A stretch of DNA of 63,512 bases, counting the filler, from Pelomyxa schiedti (Eukaryota > Protista > Evosea), in assembly GCA_020536535.1 (NCBI GenBank). It is 11 parts of 11 records of this genome, joined end to end, with 100 filler letters (N's around TTAATTAATTAA, not from the genome) between each part and the next. Parts side by side here need not be neighbours in the genome. Positions count along the whole stretch, not along the records: positions 1 to 1,811 come from JAHLWZ010002257.1; positions 1,912 to 6,062 come from JAHLWZ010001635.1; positions 6,163 to 27,543 come from JAHLWZ010000675.1; 8 more parts are not named here. One strand, given 5' to 3'. The translations under genes were made by a program, and so were the position numbers. Shown piece after piece: positions 1 to 12,756 of the stretch. The notes beneath the pieces are model-generated. The model was not told the DNA's origin. It ran no database searches and saw nothing but the letters and a program-made list of their open reading frames with translations. Every line of letters starts with the position of its first letter. The stretch's first letter is position 1.

Positions 1-129
1 ACACGATTCCACCCGATGACCAACAAGACAGCTAGAACTCTGATTCCTTCCTCAATCAACCAGCCACCATACTTTTTAATCAGCACCATCACAAATCAGA
101 CTTACACGAAACACCCAACACGAACCACA

Positions 130-1345
130 ATGAAGGTAGTACACACATTGTAAATACCCCAACACAAACCACAATTTTTGCCTTGTCTACAATTCCCATT
201 TCATATTGAGTTGGTTTAAACTGTCTTGTTGACAACATATACAGTACTGCACACAGAGTGAGGCAACATATGTTGACGAGACATTCTTCAACAGGCTTGG
301 GTATACATTGGACCAATTGATGGAATTGGCGGGCCTCGCCGTGGCCACTGTGGTACACATGGAATTCCCGCCGTCGACATACCCTAGGGTCCTCGTCATT
401 TCCGGCCCTGGAAGTATGCTTCTTGCCAACATGCATGATCATGCCATATGGCTTTTTTTTGTTGGATGCCACTATGTTTAATTTATTTTACTGTTATATG
501 ACTAGAATGGGGATAGATAATATGTGATAATTTGCGCTGTAATAGATAATGGAGGTGATGGTCTTGTGTGTGCACGGCATTTGCAGTACTTTGGATACAC
601 CCCTGCCGTTTGGTATCTTTCTAATTTTAAATGTATTCCCGCCTTTACTTTTCTTTCAGGTATCCTAAGCCCGGCAATGCTCCAACTTTGCAGGTTAGTT
701 TCTCTCAGTTCAACAACTAATTTAACAAAATAAAACCAATAACACACATAAGAACCTTGTCAAGCAACTTGGGAATCATCACATCCCCGTAATGGCTGAA
801 CAACCTGGTCCCTTGACTTCATTTGACTTGATTGTGGACGCAATTTTCGGGTACAGTTTCAATCCTCCAGTCCGCGGTATTTTTGCCCAAATCATTCAGG
901 TACGATATGTATCTAAATGCCTTTTTTTCTGAATCATTCAGGAAGTGAATTCCAGCAGCTTACCCATCCTGAGTGTTGATGTACCTTCAGGCTGGAATAT
1001 AGACACAGGTAGCACACAAATCTCGAAACAAGAACTAACAATTCCAGGGGAGCATCAAACTGGGATACGAGCCCCTACTGCTGTGATTTCGTTGTCATGT
1101 CCAAAGAAGTGCATGGAGGGATACACTGGGATACATTACCTTGGTGGCAGATTTGTACCGAAGTGTGTAGAAATTCTTTGTTCTTTTCTGTGTTGTGTTT
1201 GGTTTGATGCGTGCGTTGTTTTTGCTTGAATGGCGAAATATTTGTATTATAGAACTTATTTTCTGAATACAGAGTTCTTTCTGATGAAATGGGCCTAGAC
1301 CTCCCGCAGTATCCTGGACATAGCCAAGTTGTGAAATTACAGTAG
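130..1345 (+). CDS. NAXE: NAD(P)H-hydrate epimerase (YjeF_N family), multi-exon
   Basis: Spliced reading MK|[12 protein letters not shown]...[12 protein letters not shown]...VLVISGPG|[13 protein letters not shown]...[13 protein letters not shown]...LSVDVPSGW...HYLGGRFVP|...[12 protein letters not shown]; these are the YjeF_N signature motifs, split by short GT-AG introns. Confidence 0.92.
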
Positions 1346-1425
1346 ACTTGTAGTGATTCCCCGAATAAGACAATACAATAAGCAAAGATTCTTTGTTGCC
1401 AGTCTCATCAGGGCCAAAACGGGTT

Positions 1426-1811
1426 TCATACTTTAGATGCCGGCAATTGACTCAATAGGTTGTCTATTGCACTGGTAGCGGTCGCCATGCGTTCTTCATG
1501 TGAACCTCTTACAAGTATCCATGTTCTGCCGGTATTTGTGAGCTCCTCAATCAGTGCTTTTTGCATCCAGTGCCGCTCAACATTATCATCATCCCTGGTT
1601 CCATCTTGCACAAAAGGAATATCATCTGAGGTCAGTAGGTATAAATCAGGATGCCTCCTTGTTTGTGCAATGTGGTCCACACGAGCACACCGGCGTCTCT
1701 CCATGTATCTCATGTGCCAAACACATGTGGCCAGTGCATCTGTGTCACAGATAAGTACGCCATTCCTTGCTGTGCGGGCAAGCTCATCTTCCCTCCTGGA
1801 CTGTTCTTGTG
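1426..1811 (-). CDS. C-terminal part of a NadR/AAA_28-type (nicotinamide riboside kinase-like) domain, 5'-truncated by contig end
   Basis: Open frame from the contig edge: ...REDELARTARNGVLICDTDALATCVW...PDLYLLTSDDIPFVQDGTR...WILVRGSHEERM. DTD, DLYLL, PFVQDG.R and G..EER are typical of NadR C-terminal kinase domains. No introns seen; P-loop lies outside the contig. Confidence 0.78.
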
Positions 1812-2324
1812 NNNNNNNNNNNNNNNNNNNNNNNNNNNNNNNNNNNNNNNNNNNNTTAATTAATTAANNNNNNNNNNNNNNNNNNNNNNNNNNNNNNNNN
1901 NNNNNNNNNNNCGTTTAACAGCTCCGCCTCTCCCCTAGGTGCCGCCTCCCTCCGCGGGCCTTCTGCTACCCCTCTGCAGCCAACACTCAACAAGCAACCC
2001 CCCAGCAAGACCGCGGAAAGGCCCGCCACCACCGCACCGCCCCCGCCAATCTTCACGCCCCCTCCCCCGCAGCAGCCATCGCCGCCACCATCACCCTCCT
2101 CGGCATCCTCCCTGCTGTCGCTGGCCCCATTCACATTCGCACCCACGCCAGCCATAATCGCAGACACTATCCACCTAAAGCCACGCGCCCCCAAAGGCCG
2201 CCACATGGCCCGCTGAGTACTACCCCCCCGCCAAGCAAGTGCATCATGTAGTACACAGCACCAGCATAATTAAGTTCACCCATCAACTTCAACCAGTGCT
2301 AATCAAACTTTTGTTCGTTTCGTA

Positions 2325-4491
2325 ATGACATCAACCAGCCGGGGGGCAGGGGAAGAGACTGGGACTGAGACTGTGACAGACACAGGAGTAGTGCCGCTTG
2401 TCCCGCTGCACACTGTGGTGACATCACTAGCAACCAAGGCAGCAGGCGGGAATGCCATGGTGATAACAGGAGGGGGCACCGAGGACCGCGGCGGCGAGGA
2501 GGAAGAGCAGGAGGGGGGGGAGTCCGCGGACGAGGGACCCGGGCTGTTGGCATCGCCGATGCCGTCGCCTTGTTCCTTGTCCTCGTCAACACCCAGCACA
2601 TGTGATAGTAGTTTCGGCAATGACGGAATGGAGGTGGACTTGGACGAGGTCCAAGAAGAAGAAGATGAAGGAGAAGTAGCTGGAGGAGCTGGGGCAGGAG
2701 CTGGAGCGGGAGGAGCCGGCGCCGGGATGGGAAGGATGTCATCCTGGAGGAGGGCGAAGCTAGCCGCCGAAACCAGAAGAAACAAGTGGTGCAGGTCGTG
2801 TAGTGGTAGCAGATGGCGTGGTGGCTGTAGAGGAGGAAGTTCTTCCGGTCCGTCTTCATCATCATCATCATCAGCGATGCCGAGCCACCTGAGGTACATA
2901 CTGGTGTTTGTGAGCGGGAGGAACTTTGTGCACAGCATCAACACGATCACGGCGGTGTACTTTGCCGAGTGGCTGCACGTTAGCCAGGCGGTGTCTTCCG
3001 CGTTCACGAACGCATCGCTGGCTGTGACTTATGGGAGCGGCGTGGTGGGTGGTGCCTGTGCGGACACTTTCGCCGGGCACTATAGGGTAATTGCAACTGC
3101 GTGCATTGCGGCGCTTATATCGCTGTTATCTCTGTGCTGCTCCAGTTCGGTTTTTTCCCTACTATTCTCTGGCTATCTATTATATTATTTTAAAATTATA
3201 CTGACTGTTGTACGATGTTACTGGTAAAATAGTTTAAATTTATGAAATTTATTTTGAAACAGGTTTATTTCGGCTGGATATATCTTCTAAGGCAATAGTG
3301 GCCGCTTCAGTTGCTGGGTTTCTTATGCTGTATGCCGCATCAGGTGCAATGAAGCCCAGTATAGCCGCATTTATAGGCGATCAGTTTGATGAAACTCTAA
3401 CACACTCTGTTGCACTTCGCAGCAGGGCATACAGTTGGTACTATTTCTTCATGCAGCTGGGAAGTTTGCCAGCTAGTCTCTTATTACCGATTATATTGGA
3501 CATGTCACAACCGTGGATCGCATTTTCGGTGGCAACACTAGTTTTTTGTACCGCATGTGCAGTGTTCTTCATTCCTTCCAAGAGGTACACCAAAGCTTCA
3601 CCACAAAGAGATACATATCTAGTGGCAGGGAAGGTTCTTTGGAGTGCCGCAAAACGCTCAAAGTGCACCTGCTGTTGTGTACCAAGAAATAAAGTAAGAA
3701 GTGGGGAAGGGGCTTGTATGGAATGCATGGACATGGCTAAGCTAGACAACCCAGAAGAATCAGTGGAGGATGTGAAGAGAGCTTTAGGAGTTCTTACTAT
3801 ATTTGTGACAATGCCCTTTTTTTGGGGTATCTTCTTTCAAATCCACTCTCTGTGGGTTTTCCAAGCATCTGGTATGATGGCTTTATTTATTATATCCTCT
3901 AATGTGTGTCAAGACATGAACTGCGACTTCTGGGGCTGGACATTACCCTATGCTGAGGTTAACTGCCTGAATAATATTGCTGATATTATTCTGATCCCAG
4001 TATTTGACCGTTTTGTATATCCCTCAATTCAAAAGCTTGGCTTCAATGTCACACCATTGAGGAAAATGGTGGCTGGGTATTTCTTCACTGCACTCTCTGT
4101 TTGCGTTGCGGGAGTTGTTCAGCTCTTCATTGAGAAAAGTGGATCCAACACCATTCATATTGCCGCCATTATCCCCCAGTATGTGCTAATTTCAGCTGCA
4201 GAGATTCTGCTTGGGGTCACAGCATACGACTTTGCCTATAGTGAATCACCAAGAGTCATGAGGGGACTGCTTACAGGAATTTGGCTACTCACAATTTCAC
4301 TTGGGAATGTTGTGACAGCACTCCTTGTTCTCATTCCACTGGCCTCATCGACAATGTCATTTGTACTTGCTGGATTGACAGTTGTTTTCATGTCAATGTT
4401 TGCTCTATTAGCATACAGGTACAATTACAAGAGCCTTATAGCCATTGCCTCCACCACTTCTGCAAAACCACTCTCCAAACAAAAACAATAA
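2325..4491 (+). CDS. Proton-dependent oligopeptide transporter (POT/PTR2, MFS) with long low-complexity N-terminus
   Basis: Motifs ADTFAGHYRVI, GAMKPSIAAFIGDQF, YSWYYFFMQLGS, FFWGIFFQ, PQYVLISAAEILL, YDFAYSESP..MRG. Probable introns ~3145-3262 and ~3872-3913. Confidence 0.9.
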
Positions 4492-6162
4492 GCCAAAAAA
4501 TAAAAAGTGGTGATGGCGTCGTGTTGAGAGTTTTTGATTCGAATCACACCCAATTTGGATCTTCTTTTCCAAAAAGTCGATGAAGCAACACCAACCTCAG
4601 CACCAAGGCTCCTTGGTGCCTGAAACCTTATCCAGATCGGGAATCAGTTCTCCGATTCACTTGTGGGAGAAAATGGCAACCCCATAGAGAAAGGAACATT
4701 AATTTGTGTTTGATATCAACACACCCGGACGTGTGGGGAGTTGTCGCAATTCATAATTAATCAGTATTATGTTGAAGGTGTTTGCGGTTGTTTAGATGTA
4801 GAGATCTACACTCTTTATGTTTTTAACGTTGCGATGTGGCCTTATATAAATGATATTACGCAATGCGCCGTGTCAATATCATTTCCTTTTATTCACTTTG
4901 TTTTTTTCCTAGGTTTTTGGCATCGGAGATACCGCCATTGAGCGTGCGGCTCGCGTACAGCGATCATACGGTCCTTTTTTCGAAACTACACTTCCTTTCC
5001 AACAACAGACTCAACCACAGCTCCCTCGGCAAGCCTTTCCGATATTGCCTACACCCAATGTTTCTTGTCCTACACAACACTCGTCTTGTACAGTCAAATC
5101 ACATTCAGATATCATACACTGCCCTTCAAAACGCCAGCCTTTTGATGAGTTCAACAATCACACACCCTACTCTCCCTCTGCAAAACGTAGCAGAGCCGGA
5201 ACTGTCACTACTCCAGCTCAGCAATACAGTACCCCTGTTGTTGAACAATCTCCATCATTTTTTGGAAAACGAGTACGCACATCCTCACTTTAAAGAAACT
5301 AAGTAAGCATAAGGCTTGGACCGACCCTATTTTGGCTATGTCTCCTTCAAAGTGCCCTTGCATTTCATCATACAGTTCCGCGCAAAGCCATGACGTCCAC
5401 CGGAACATGACTCCTGCAATGCTCGTAGCGCAATCCAATCACCCAGTGGCATCGTTTCAACTGCAAGAAGGTGCAATCAGCCCATCGCAAACCAACCAAA
5501 CAACCACCTAATCATCCACAGGATTTGAAATGCGCCCCTTAGATTCCGCGGAACACAGACTCCCGCCTGTAGTGATGTCAGCTGCCGCACCCACTACTAC
5601 ACCAACCAGGACCACTTCGCCGGATTCCCTCTTCTACTCACAGGAGCAATACCGGTACCTATAAAAACACCACCGAGTAAACAACACACTCCACGTGCAT
5701 TCCGGAATCCACACTTCAAACAAAATGGGCAACTCTCACAGCAACACCAACCAACAAACTCCACAAAAAACTCAACAAGAACAAGAAAGTAAAAACAAAA
5801 CCCTTCAATGATCATTTTCAAAAATGGCACCATCAAATTCCGCTAAACAAAATGAGACAAAACTCAATCGATCGGCTCGGGAATGACACAAACTAAAAAT
5901 AGTTTTATTTTTGGAATTTTTTTCCTCTTCCCGGGGGAGGAGATTGGAGTGGAAATAACTTCGCAAATACTGACAATCCTCACAACCCAGCCACAGGAAC
6001 ACTCACAGCGATTAATTCTCTACACAACCATCTGACGATATTCCTCGGTTGTGTCCAGGGGCNNNNNNNNNNNNNNNNNNNNNNNNNNNNNNNNNNNNNN
6101 NNNNNNTTAATTAATTAANNNNNNNNNNNNNNNNNNNNNNNNNNNNNNNNNNNNNNNNNNNN

Positions 6163-6525
6163 ACAACAACAACAACAACCAGCCATCGATGTGGTGGTCA
6201 TCAACAGCAACAAGATCGACGAGAGCGAGGAGCGGGAGCCACAGCGGGGGTGCGATGCCATGGCCAGCGACATCATCTGGTCCGCCATCGTGTCTGGTGG
6301 GTCTGTGGTCGTGGTCGTGGTTGTTGTAACCGCGATTGTGCCCCCCCTTTTTGTACGTGTTGTGGTTTTGGTTCTGCTCGATGGCACCACAGTGACCACT
6401 TTGCCGGCGCGGGTGTGGACTTGTGATGTGTTGTTGTTGGTGGTGGTGGTGGATGCCTGTTGTTGTTGTTGCTGATCGTAAACATCACCCCCATGTGGCC
6501 TTTTGTGTTGTTGCTGACCGTCCAT
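6163..6525 (-). CDS. 5' fragment of lineage-expanded intronless 'HPRCG' family gene (runs off contig)
   Basis: MDGQQQHKRPH...DPPDTMADQMMSLAMASHPRCGSRSSLS, nearly identical to the N-terminus of 6633-8111. Confidence 0.75.
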
Positions 6526-6632
6526 TCGTTGTTGTTGATTTTTTTTTTTTTGATTTTGTTGACAAAAACACATTCTGAGTTAGGGAAGTTTAACGAAGAG
6601 AGCCACACTTATTACCTTGCATGCCTCGATTT

Positions 6633-8111
6633 CTACAATGAGGAATGCAGGAAGGAGAAGTGGCGTGTGGTTTTGGTCAGAGGCCTGAATAACTTAAAGG
6701 TGATGACGTGGTCACCAGAGCACTCTTCACTCACATGAATGTCTTTGCCTGATTCACTTATCTGGAACATGAATCCACCTTCAGCAAAAGACTCAGTGGT
6801 GGTGAACCCAGGCAGTAACTTGCATTCCCTCACTGGTTTTATTGGGTCATTGATATCCCACACATCATAAACAGAACCCCGTTTGAAAACACAGAACTGT
6901 GACACACTCAGTTGTGAAATCACATGTGTCCCTGAAAACAATTTGTATCGCTCAGAATCAAGTGTGTGCACTTTGCCAGTTCCCTCGTCAATGGAAATGA
7001 GCCTGGCACATCCAGTCATTGTGACAAACGAGTGGGCACCACTCTCTGTGGAACACACAGCACATTCGTTGGTCATGAAATCCTCAGTCTCCAGGTCATC
7101 AGGACTCTCGTACATGTCCTCGATGTGAATAATCGCAGAGGCCACAGCCACAAGTTTTCCTGATGACTTTATTTGTGCAAGGTCGACAAGCACGAAATGC
7201 ACACAAGTGTATGAAACAGAGAAGCGAACCAACAGGTGGTCTTCATTGAAACTGCAAAAGGAATGTGTCAACACATTCCATTTTTTCTCAACAGGGGAAA
7301 TTGGAACCACTGTTGCTGGTTTTTCCTTTGCTGTGCTTTTCTCTCCCCTCTTTGGCAGCTCAATCACAAGCAGTGACCCTGTTGAAAAGCCCGCAAACCA
7401 CTTCCCATTTGTACCAGCTTCTTCACAGTAGCTTTCTAACAGTGGTTCCCTGTTCCCACTCACTCTGCTCTTCAATTGGTACAGCATCCGGCCTTCCACC
7501 AACTGGTGGTCATTTGCACCCAACAGTGGGGAACGCCAATCATAAACCCACCACTTCACTTCATGGCTCAGTGTCAACAACACCGAGGAGACACCGAATG
7601 TGATCATCCCACTGTACCTGTACTTTTTACTGTCCCAACACACGCAGAAGAACCTCTCAGTTCCCATCAACCACCTCCACAACAGCCTGAGCACCAGAGT
7701 GCCGTCACAACAACAATAACAACACCCACCACCGGCAGTATCACTCATAGTTGTCAACAGCAACAAAGGCGAGAGCGAGGAGCTGGAGCCACAGCGGGGG
7801 TGCGAGGCCATGGCCAACGACATCATCTGGTCCGCCATCGTGTCTGGTGGGTCTGTGGTCGTGGTTGTTGTCACTGTGATTGTGCCCCCTGTGCCTGTGC
7901 CCGCCCGTCCTCTTTTTGTCGTTGTGGTTGTGTTGGTTCTGGTCGATGGCGCCACGGTGACCACTTTGCCGACGGGGGTATGGTGGCGTACCGTTCGTGG
8001 TGGGGTGTTGTTTGGACAAATCGACGATGTGGTTGATGGTTGTTGTTGCTGGTCGTAAGCATCATCAGCAGCACCACGATGTGGCCTTTTGTGTTGTTGC
8101 TGACCGTCCAT
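6633..8111 (-). CDS. Intronless 492-aa uncharacterised 'HPRCG/NGKW' family protein
   Basis: Long uninterrupted ORF; colinear paralog of 25343-26783 (shared LRLLWRWLMGTERFFCV, TNGKWF, FCSFNEDHLLVRF, SQFCVFKRGS.YDVWD, EGG). Confidence 0.85.
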   Translation of the reverse strand: MDGQQQHKRPHRGAADDAYDQQQQPSTTSSICPNNTPPRTVRHHTPVGKVVTVAPSTRTNTTTTTKRGRAGTGTGGTITVTTTTTTDPPDTMADQMMSLAMASHPRCGSSSSLSPLLLLTTMSDTAGGGCCYCCCDGTLVLRLLWRWLMGTERFFCVCWDSKKYRYSGMITFGVSSVLLTLSHEVKWWVYDWRSPLLGANDHQLVEGRMLYQLKSRVSGNREPLLESYCEEAGTNGKWFAGFSTGSLLVIELPKRGEKSTAKEKPATVVPISPVEKKWNVLTHSFCSFNEDHLLVRFSVSYTCVHFVLVDLAQIKSSGKLVAVASAIIHIEDMYESPDDLETEDFMTNECAVCSTESGAHSFVTMTGCARLISIDEGTGKVHTLDSERYKLFSGTHVISQLSVSQFCVFKRGSVYDVWDINDPIKPVRECKLLPGFTTTESFAEGGFMFQISESGKDIHVSEECSGDHVITFKLFRPLTKTTRHFSFLHSSL

Positions 8112-8566
8112 TGATTTTCTTTGTTTTGAACTCGAAATGTCCTGAAAAAACTTAAACTACCTTTGTGATGGTGATTGACACTGCACAACTAGCCACAACC
8201 CCCAAGAAAAAAAAAGTCCTCACACATTCCGGCCTTTTCGAACCCAAAAATTTATGTGGAGCTGAATTGTGGGATGTGCTGTTTTCCTCGTTTTTGTTCT
8301 TCCTTTTTGCCGGTTACGGTAAGTATGCTGTGGGACATACAAAAGAAACCCTTCCTTACTGCTTTGTGGCTCTCCCAAAAATCACGGGATTATGGGGTAG
8401 GGTGATGTTAGGGATTTTGAGAGATGCAAGAAAACGACGACGTACGGCCGCGTGCACCAATCTGTATCCCACGTTGTGCGCTAAGGTGTGATGGTCAGTA
8501 TACTGTTAGTTAGTATTATTTTAAAATTATTCAATAGTTCCATGTATCTAGGAATAGTAATTCGAA

Positions 8567-11500
8567 TTAGAACTGGTATACGGACTTGTCAGGGGAGCTG
8601 CTGTGCAGAGGGTGTACAACGTGCTGCTGTGAGAACGTGTGAGACAGAGTGGGTGGTGATGATAACGGCTGCTGTGTTTTGTGTTTCTCCCTCGATGGCT
8701 TTGGTGCTGTTGGTACTGGTGGCGGCGGTGCGGTGCTGTTGCTGTTGCCGTTGCCGTTGTTGTTGGTAGCCTTGTTTGTTGGTTCCGATGTGGATTCTGT
8801 TGATTCTGCGGTTAATTCCGGTGGTGCGGAATGTTCGGAATGGTGCCTGTGGTGATGGGTGTCTTCCGGGGATGAGTCCGCTTCTAGATTGGACTCCTCT
8901 GTGTGGGATATCTCTGGATCGGCTGCTTGGTTCTGTGTTGGTTGCATTTTTGGGGAGTGCTTTTTGTGAGATGGTTTTGCTGGCTTATCTGATGATACAG
9001 CTGTGTCCAGTACCGGTTCTGGTGCTGGCTCTTCTGGTTCGGGGGTTGCTTTTCTAGGGATGACTACAGTTGATGCAGAATGTTGTTCTTCATTACAATC
9101 TTCAGTTTGCTGTCTGTGTTTCCTGTGTTTCCTGGTCTTCTTTGTTGATTGTTTGGCCGTTTCAGCATCTTCCTCTGGAAGTGGTGGCGGAGGGGGCGGT
9201 GGAGAACTTGACTTGCGCCGAGATTTTTGAGGTTCCGGCTCCGGTTCCGGCGGTGGTGGAGGTGGGGGTTCTTCTTCTTCTTCTAGAGGCACAATTGTGG
9301 CTAGTGGTGTACGGTGTGGCTGATACTGAGATGGGGAGAGCGGAGGTGTTGGAGGTGGTGATGGATTGATAGGGGGAGGACCAAGAGGGGGTGGTGTAGG
9401 TGGAGGAGGGTTGCAACCCGGTGGGGGTGTTGGGGGTGGAAGTGCAGAAGGAGGGGGTGTAGAAGGAGGGGCAGCGGGAGGTGGGGGTGTTGCTGGTGGG
9501 CCAGGTGGTGGTGGTGTGTGGGGTGGAGATGCCTGTGAGGAACTCCGCCTGTGTAATACATTAATGGAAGATTTTAATGAGCGGAAATGTACCTTAGGGA
9601 TGGCTGTTGGCATTGCTCAGACAAAGGACCTGATGGAAGGGTGCTCCTTTTTGGCTCGAAACCCATATCAGTCATCAGAACTTCGGGAGTATTGACAACG
9701 GTATCCATTGAAAGGTCAAGCTTTGCCTTTATAACTTTTTTAATGAAGCAAATAGCATTTACGGCCATACAAGAGGACAGCCCTTAAGAACGGCCACTGT
9801 GTCATATGATTCATTCCACATGGCCATATCTGATGGTGTTACACCACTTTCTTCTGTGATATGCAACTAAGACATGTAAGGAAATGCAAAGGGGATACAC
9901 AGTCTACCAATTTCTGGCAAACTTGCAAAAGGCGCATTGCTGCTCTTGGTCTGTTGAAAAAGCAAGCGTAATGTAATGCCGTCCATCCTTTTGAATCTAA
10001 AATGGAATGGGTATTGAGAAACAAATTGGGTAATTTGACCTGTGACAGACGGATTTGCCCCATTCTGTAAAAGTAACTCCAAGAAAAGAGGACTTCCAAC
10101 AATGACAGCTAAAAATTTTATGGGAAAATTAAAGAAGGCACTTTACTACCATGATGTAAGGGAGATCTTGATAAATTATCTTCAGGGTCAATCCAATTAG
10201 GATCAGCACCAACCACCATAAGGTGCAAAATCGACTTTACATCAGCATTGGAATTCTGAATGGAAATATACAATGCCTGAATGTGATAAGTCATAAGTAT
10301 TTTATTTTTAAAGAGAAGTGCCTTATTCAATTCGTCTTGGGACATTGATTGCTGCTGAACGAATTTCTTTACTTCATATTTACTTTTGATAAACTGTTCA
10401 CGCAATGCCCTTTTTGGTTGCAATTAAAAATGAAATGGAAGCGATTGCTTTTACCTTTCAGATTTGGCAGTAGGTTTGGTGAGTGGAAGAGGGGATAGGC
10501 ATTCCAGAATTTCATTGACTTTTTTGTTTCCGGTGTATTTCATGTACTGCAAAGCTGTTACTGTATGTTCTAAAGAAGAGCTTATCTCTCACCAGAAGCA
10601 TATCGGGGTTCCATTTATCTAGAGTCAATGACCTAACTTTAGAAATATGAGTGCCCAAGGCACGATGAACGCCACTGCACTCTGTTGAAAAGAAAGGAGT
10701 CAGAAGAGATACAAAGTTGGGAAGAGTACCCAAACACATTAACACTCCAAGGTTAATAGAAGCCCAATCAGGGGCTTGAGATCGAGTTAGAAAGATTAAT
10801 AAAAGGAAGGGGTTTACCAGGACTATCGCAGTCCACGCAAGTTGAGTTCCCAGGGATTGTGTGGAGGTAATCGATTTCACGAGGGGCGAGAGTTGAGAAA
10901 TTTGTAGCTGGGGCAATTTCACTTAGCGGGTCATGTGTATGCGCTGTCTTCGCCTGTTTAAGGTGAACACCATAGGCGGTACTTGGAAAGACCAACTGAG
11001 GTAGACGAGGCAGACAACGAATTAAGACCTGCAGCAATGGAGTTTTGTATTTCTTTCATCCAGTCATTTCTCTCTGTGTCTGACTCCGCCTTTTTGAAAT
11101 TGATTTGAGGAAATGTCCAAGGAACCAAGTACCTCAAATTGCCACGATTTTTTCAGTTGAGGAGATAAAATTTCGAATTTTCGATTATCCTCAGGAACAG
11201 GTCGAACTGTGCACATAATGACACTTAATGCACTATTTGGATTGAACTCCTAAAAAGAAATTAACACTCAAAAGGGGAGTGAAATAGACTTTATTTTGAT
11301 GGAGCTGGAAGATCTTCCCCTCTCGGAGTACAACAAATATTCTGTTTGGACCAAGTTTCCCTCTTTTCACAAGAATTCCTTCTTTTTGAGCTCGAGTGGT
11401 CTGTGAATCTACACCAGAAATCAGAAGAAGATATGGGACAGAGAAAGGAATTACTTATTTCTTCAATATGTTTTGTAAGTTCCAAAGATTTCTTTTTCAA

Positions 11501-12482
11501 TAATGCTAAAACTTTGGATACCTATAAATTTGTTTGGAGAAGATACTTAGGAAAGAGAAAAACCTTCTCGTTTGTATTGTGGTATTCCTCCATGCCATCC
11601 AGCAGTGTTGCCAGAAGTCTAGTATCCCTTTTCGAATCGAGAGTGGCCAAGTTCTTTGTAACGGATAATTTACATTCTTCTATTTTTGCCTGTAGGGTGG
11701 CAGGGTCCCCTTGAACCTAAAACGAATGGTAAAAATATCAGACTACTCAGAGAGCAAGGTCGCTAACATTTTTTACACCTGACGCAATTTTAGCGACAAG
11801 GGCATCATACTCGCTCTTCAATCTCTCTAGACGTTTTACTGATTCCTGCTCGAGTTATTCTGGAGAAGCTAAGGATTATATGCTACGTTGAATTCGAGGA
11901 AGTCGTAGTCTACAAATACAGATAAACCATTGAATTTTTGAGTCATCACAGTAGCCTTTGGGAAAGTCAAAGGATAATTTGTATTCTAGGGAACTAACTG
12001 AAGTGTGATGTATACCACTGATAGATTTAAGTGTGCCGGAAAGCTGGGTAATCGCTCGCCCTTTGTATGGTGGATGTGCCATTAAAGAAGATGTATGCAA
12101 AAAGGAGAGTACCAAATGTGCTGGTTTTATCCAAGTTGGAAACGTTTCGGAGCTATAGGAATTACAGTTAATACACGAACACTAAATACATGGTGCATAC
12201 TTCATCCGCCACTGCACCCAAATCTGCGGCATAAGCTGAAATGGATACGTGAATCAAAAGTTTGGGGTATGGGTTATTTTTCAGCGAGTAATACAAGGGA
12301 AAGGGCAGTACCTTTCATTGAGTCCTCATACTTTTTTGTTGCTTTTACCACATTTTTGGCAGCGTTCCTCAAGGCATGCATCCTCTATTTTCAAACACCC
12401 ACAGTGAATAACAATATTATACATATCGAATGGAAAAAAACAACAACAACCAACGAACCTCTATATCCTCTTGTGTAGCCAT
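8567..12482 (-). CDS. ACAP/centaurin-beta-like BAR-PH-ArfGAP-ankyrin protein with Pro-rich tail, multi-exon
   Basis: ArfGAP zinc finger and catalytic Arg: [21 protein letters not shown]|[24 protein letters not shown]; REQFIKSKY; ankyrin repeats ([20 protein letters not shown]); PH-like [17 protein letters not shown]; helical N-terminal exons. Start codon (MATQEDIE) is tentative. Confidence 0.88.
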
Positions 12483-12756
12483 TTCTCGTTGTTTTTGGCG
12501 GTATTCTCCCCACTTCTAAAATACACCCACAATTGCCAACTAAGCACAACAAACAACGACGCCGAATCGACTACTCCTCTGCGGTCAGTGTGTACGTGAT
12601 GTGATTATGGGATAGTGCCTTGGTAGCCACCCACTCAAACGACACACTCCCACGCCCCTTCGCGTGATTTTCTTTTCTTGATGTTGATGTGTTACGGGAA
12701 CGCACATACACAAAACAGAGAAAAGTGGAAGCTTCATCACCGTTCATCGACTGAGG

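Noticed and set aside
1812-1911. Recurrent N44-TTAATTAATTAA-N44 motif (10 occurrences)
   Set aside because: Artificial six-frame-stop linker used to concatenate contigs; adjacency across it has no biological meaning.
1912-2250. GC-rich ORF on the minus strand running off the contig
   Set aside because: Plausible 5' end of a gene, but low complexity with no recognisable motif.
4580-5790. Pro/Ser/Gln-rich coding-like segments, including an in-frame TGA at ~4710
   Set aside because: No consistent gene model or family; too weak to claim recoding. Conserved genes here end in TAA, TAG and TGA as normal.
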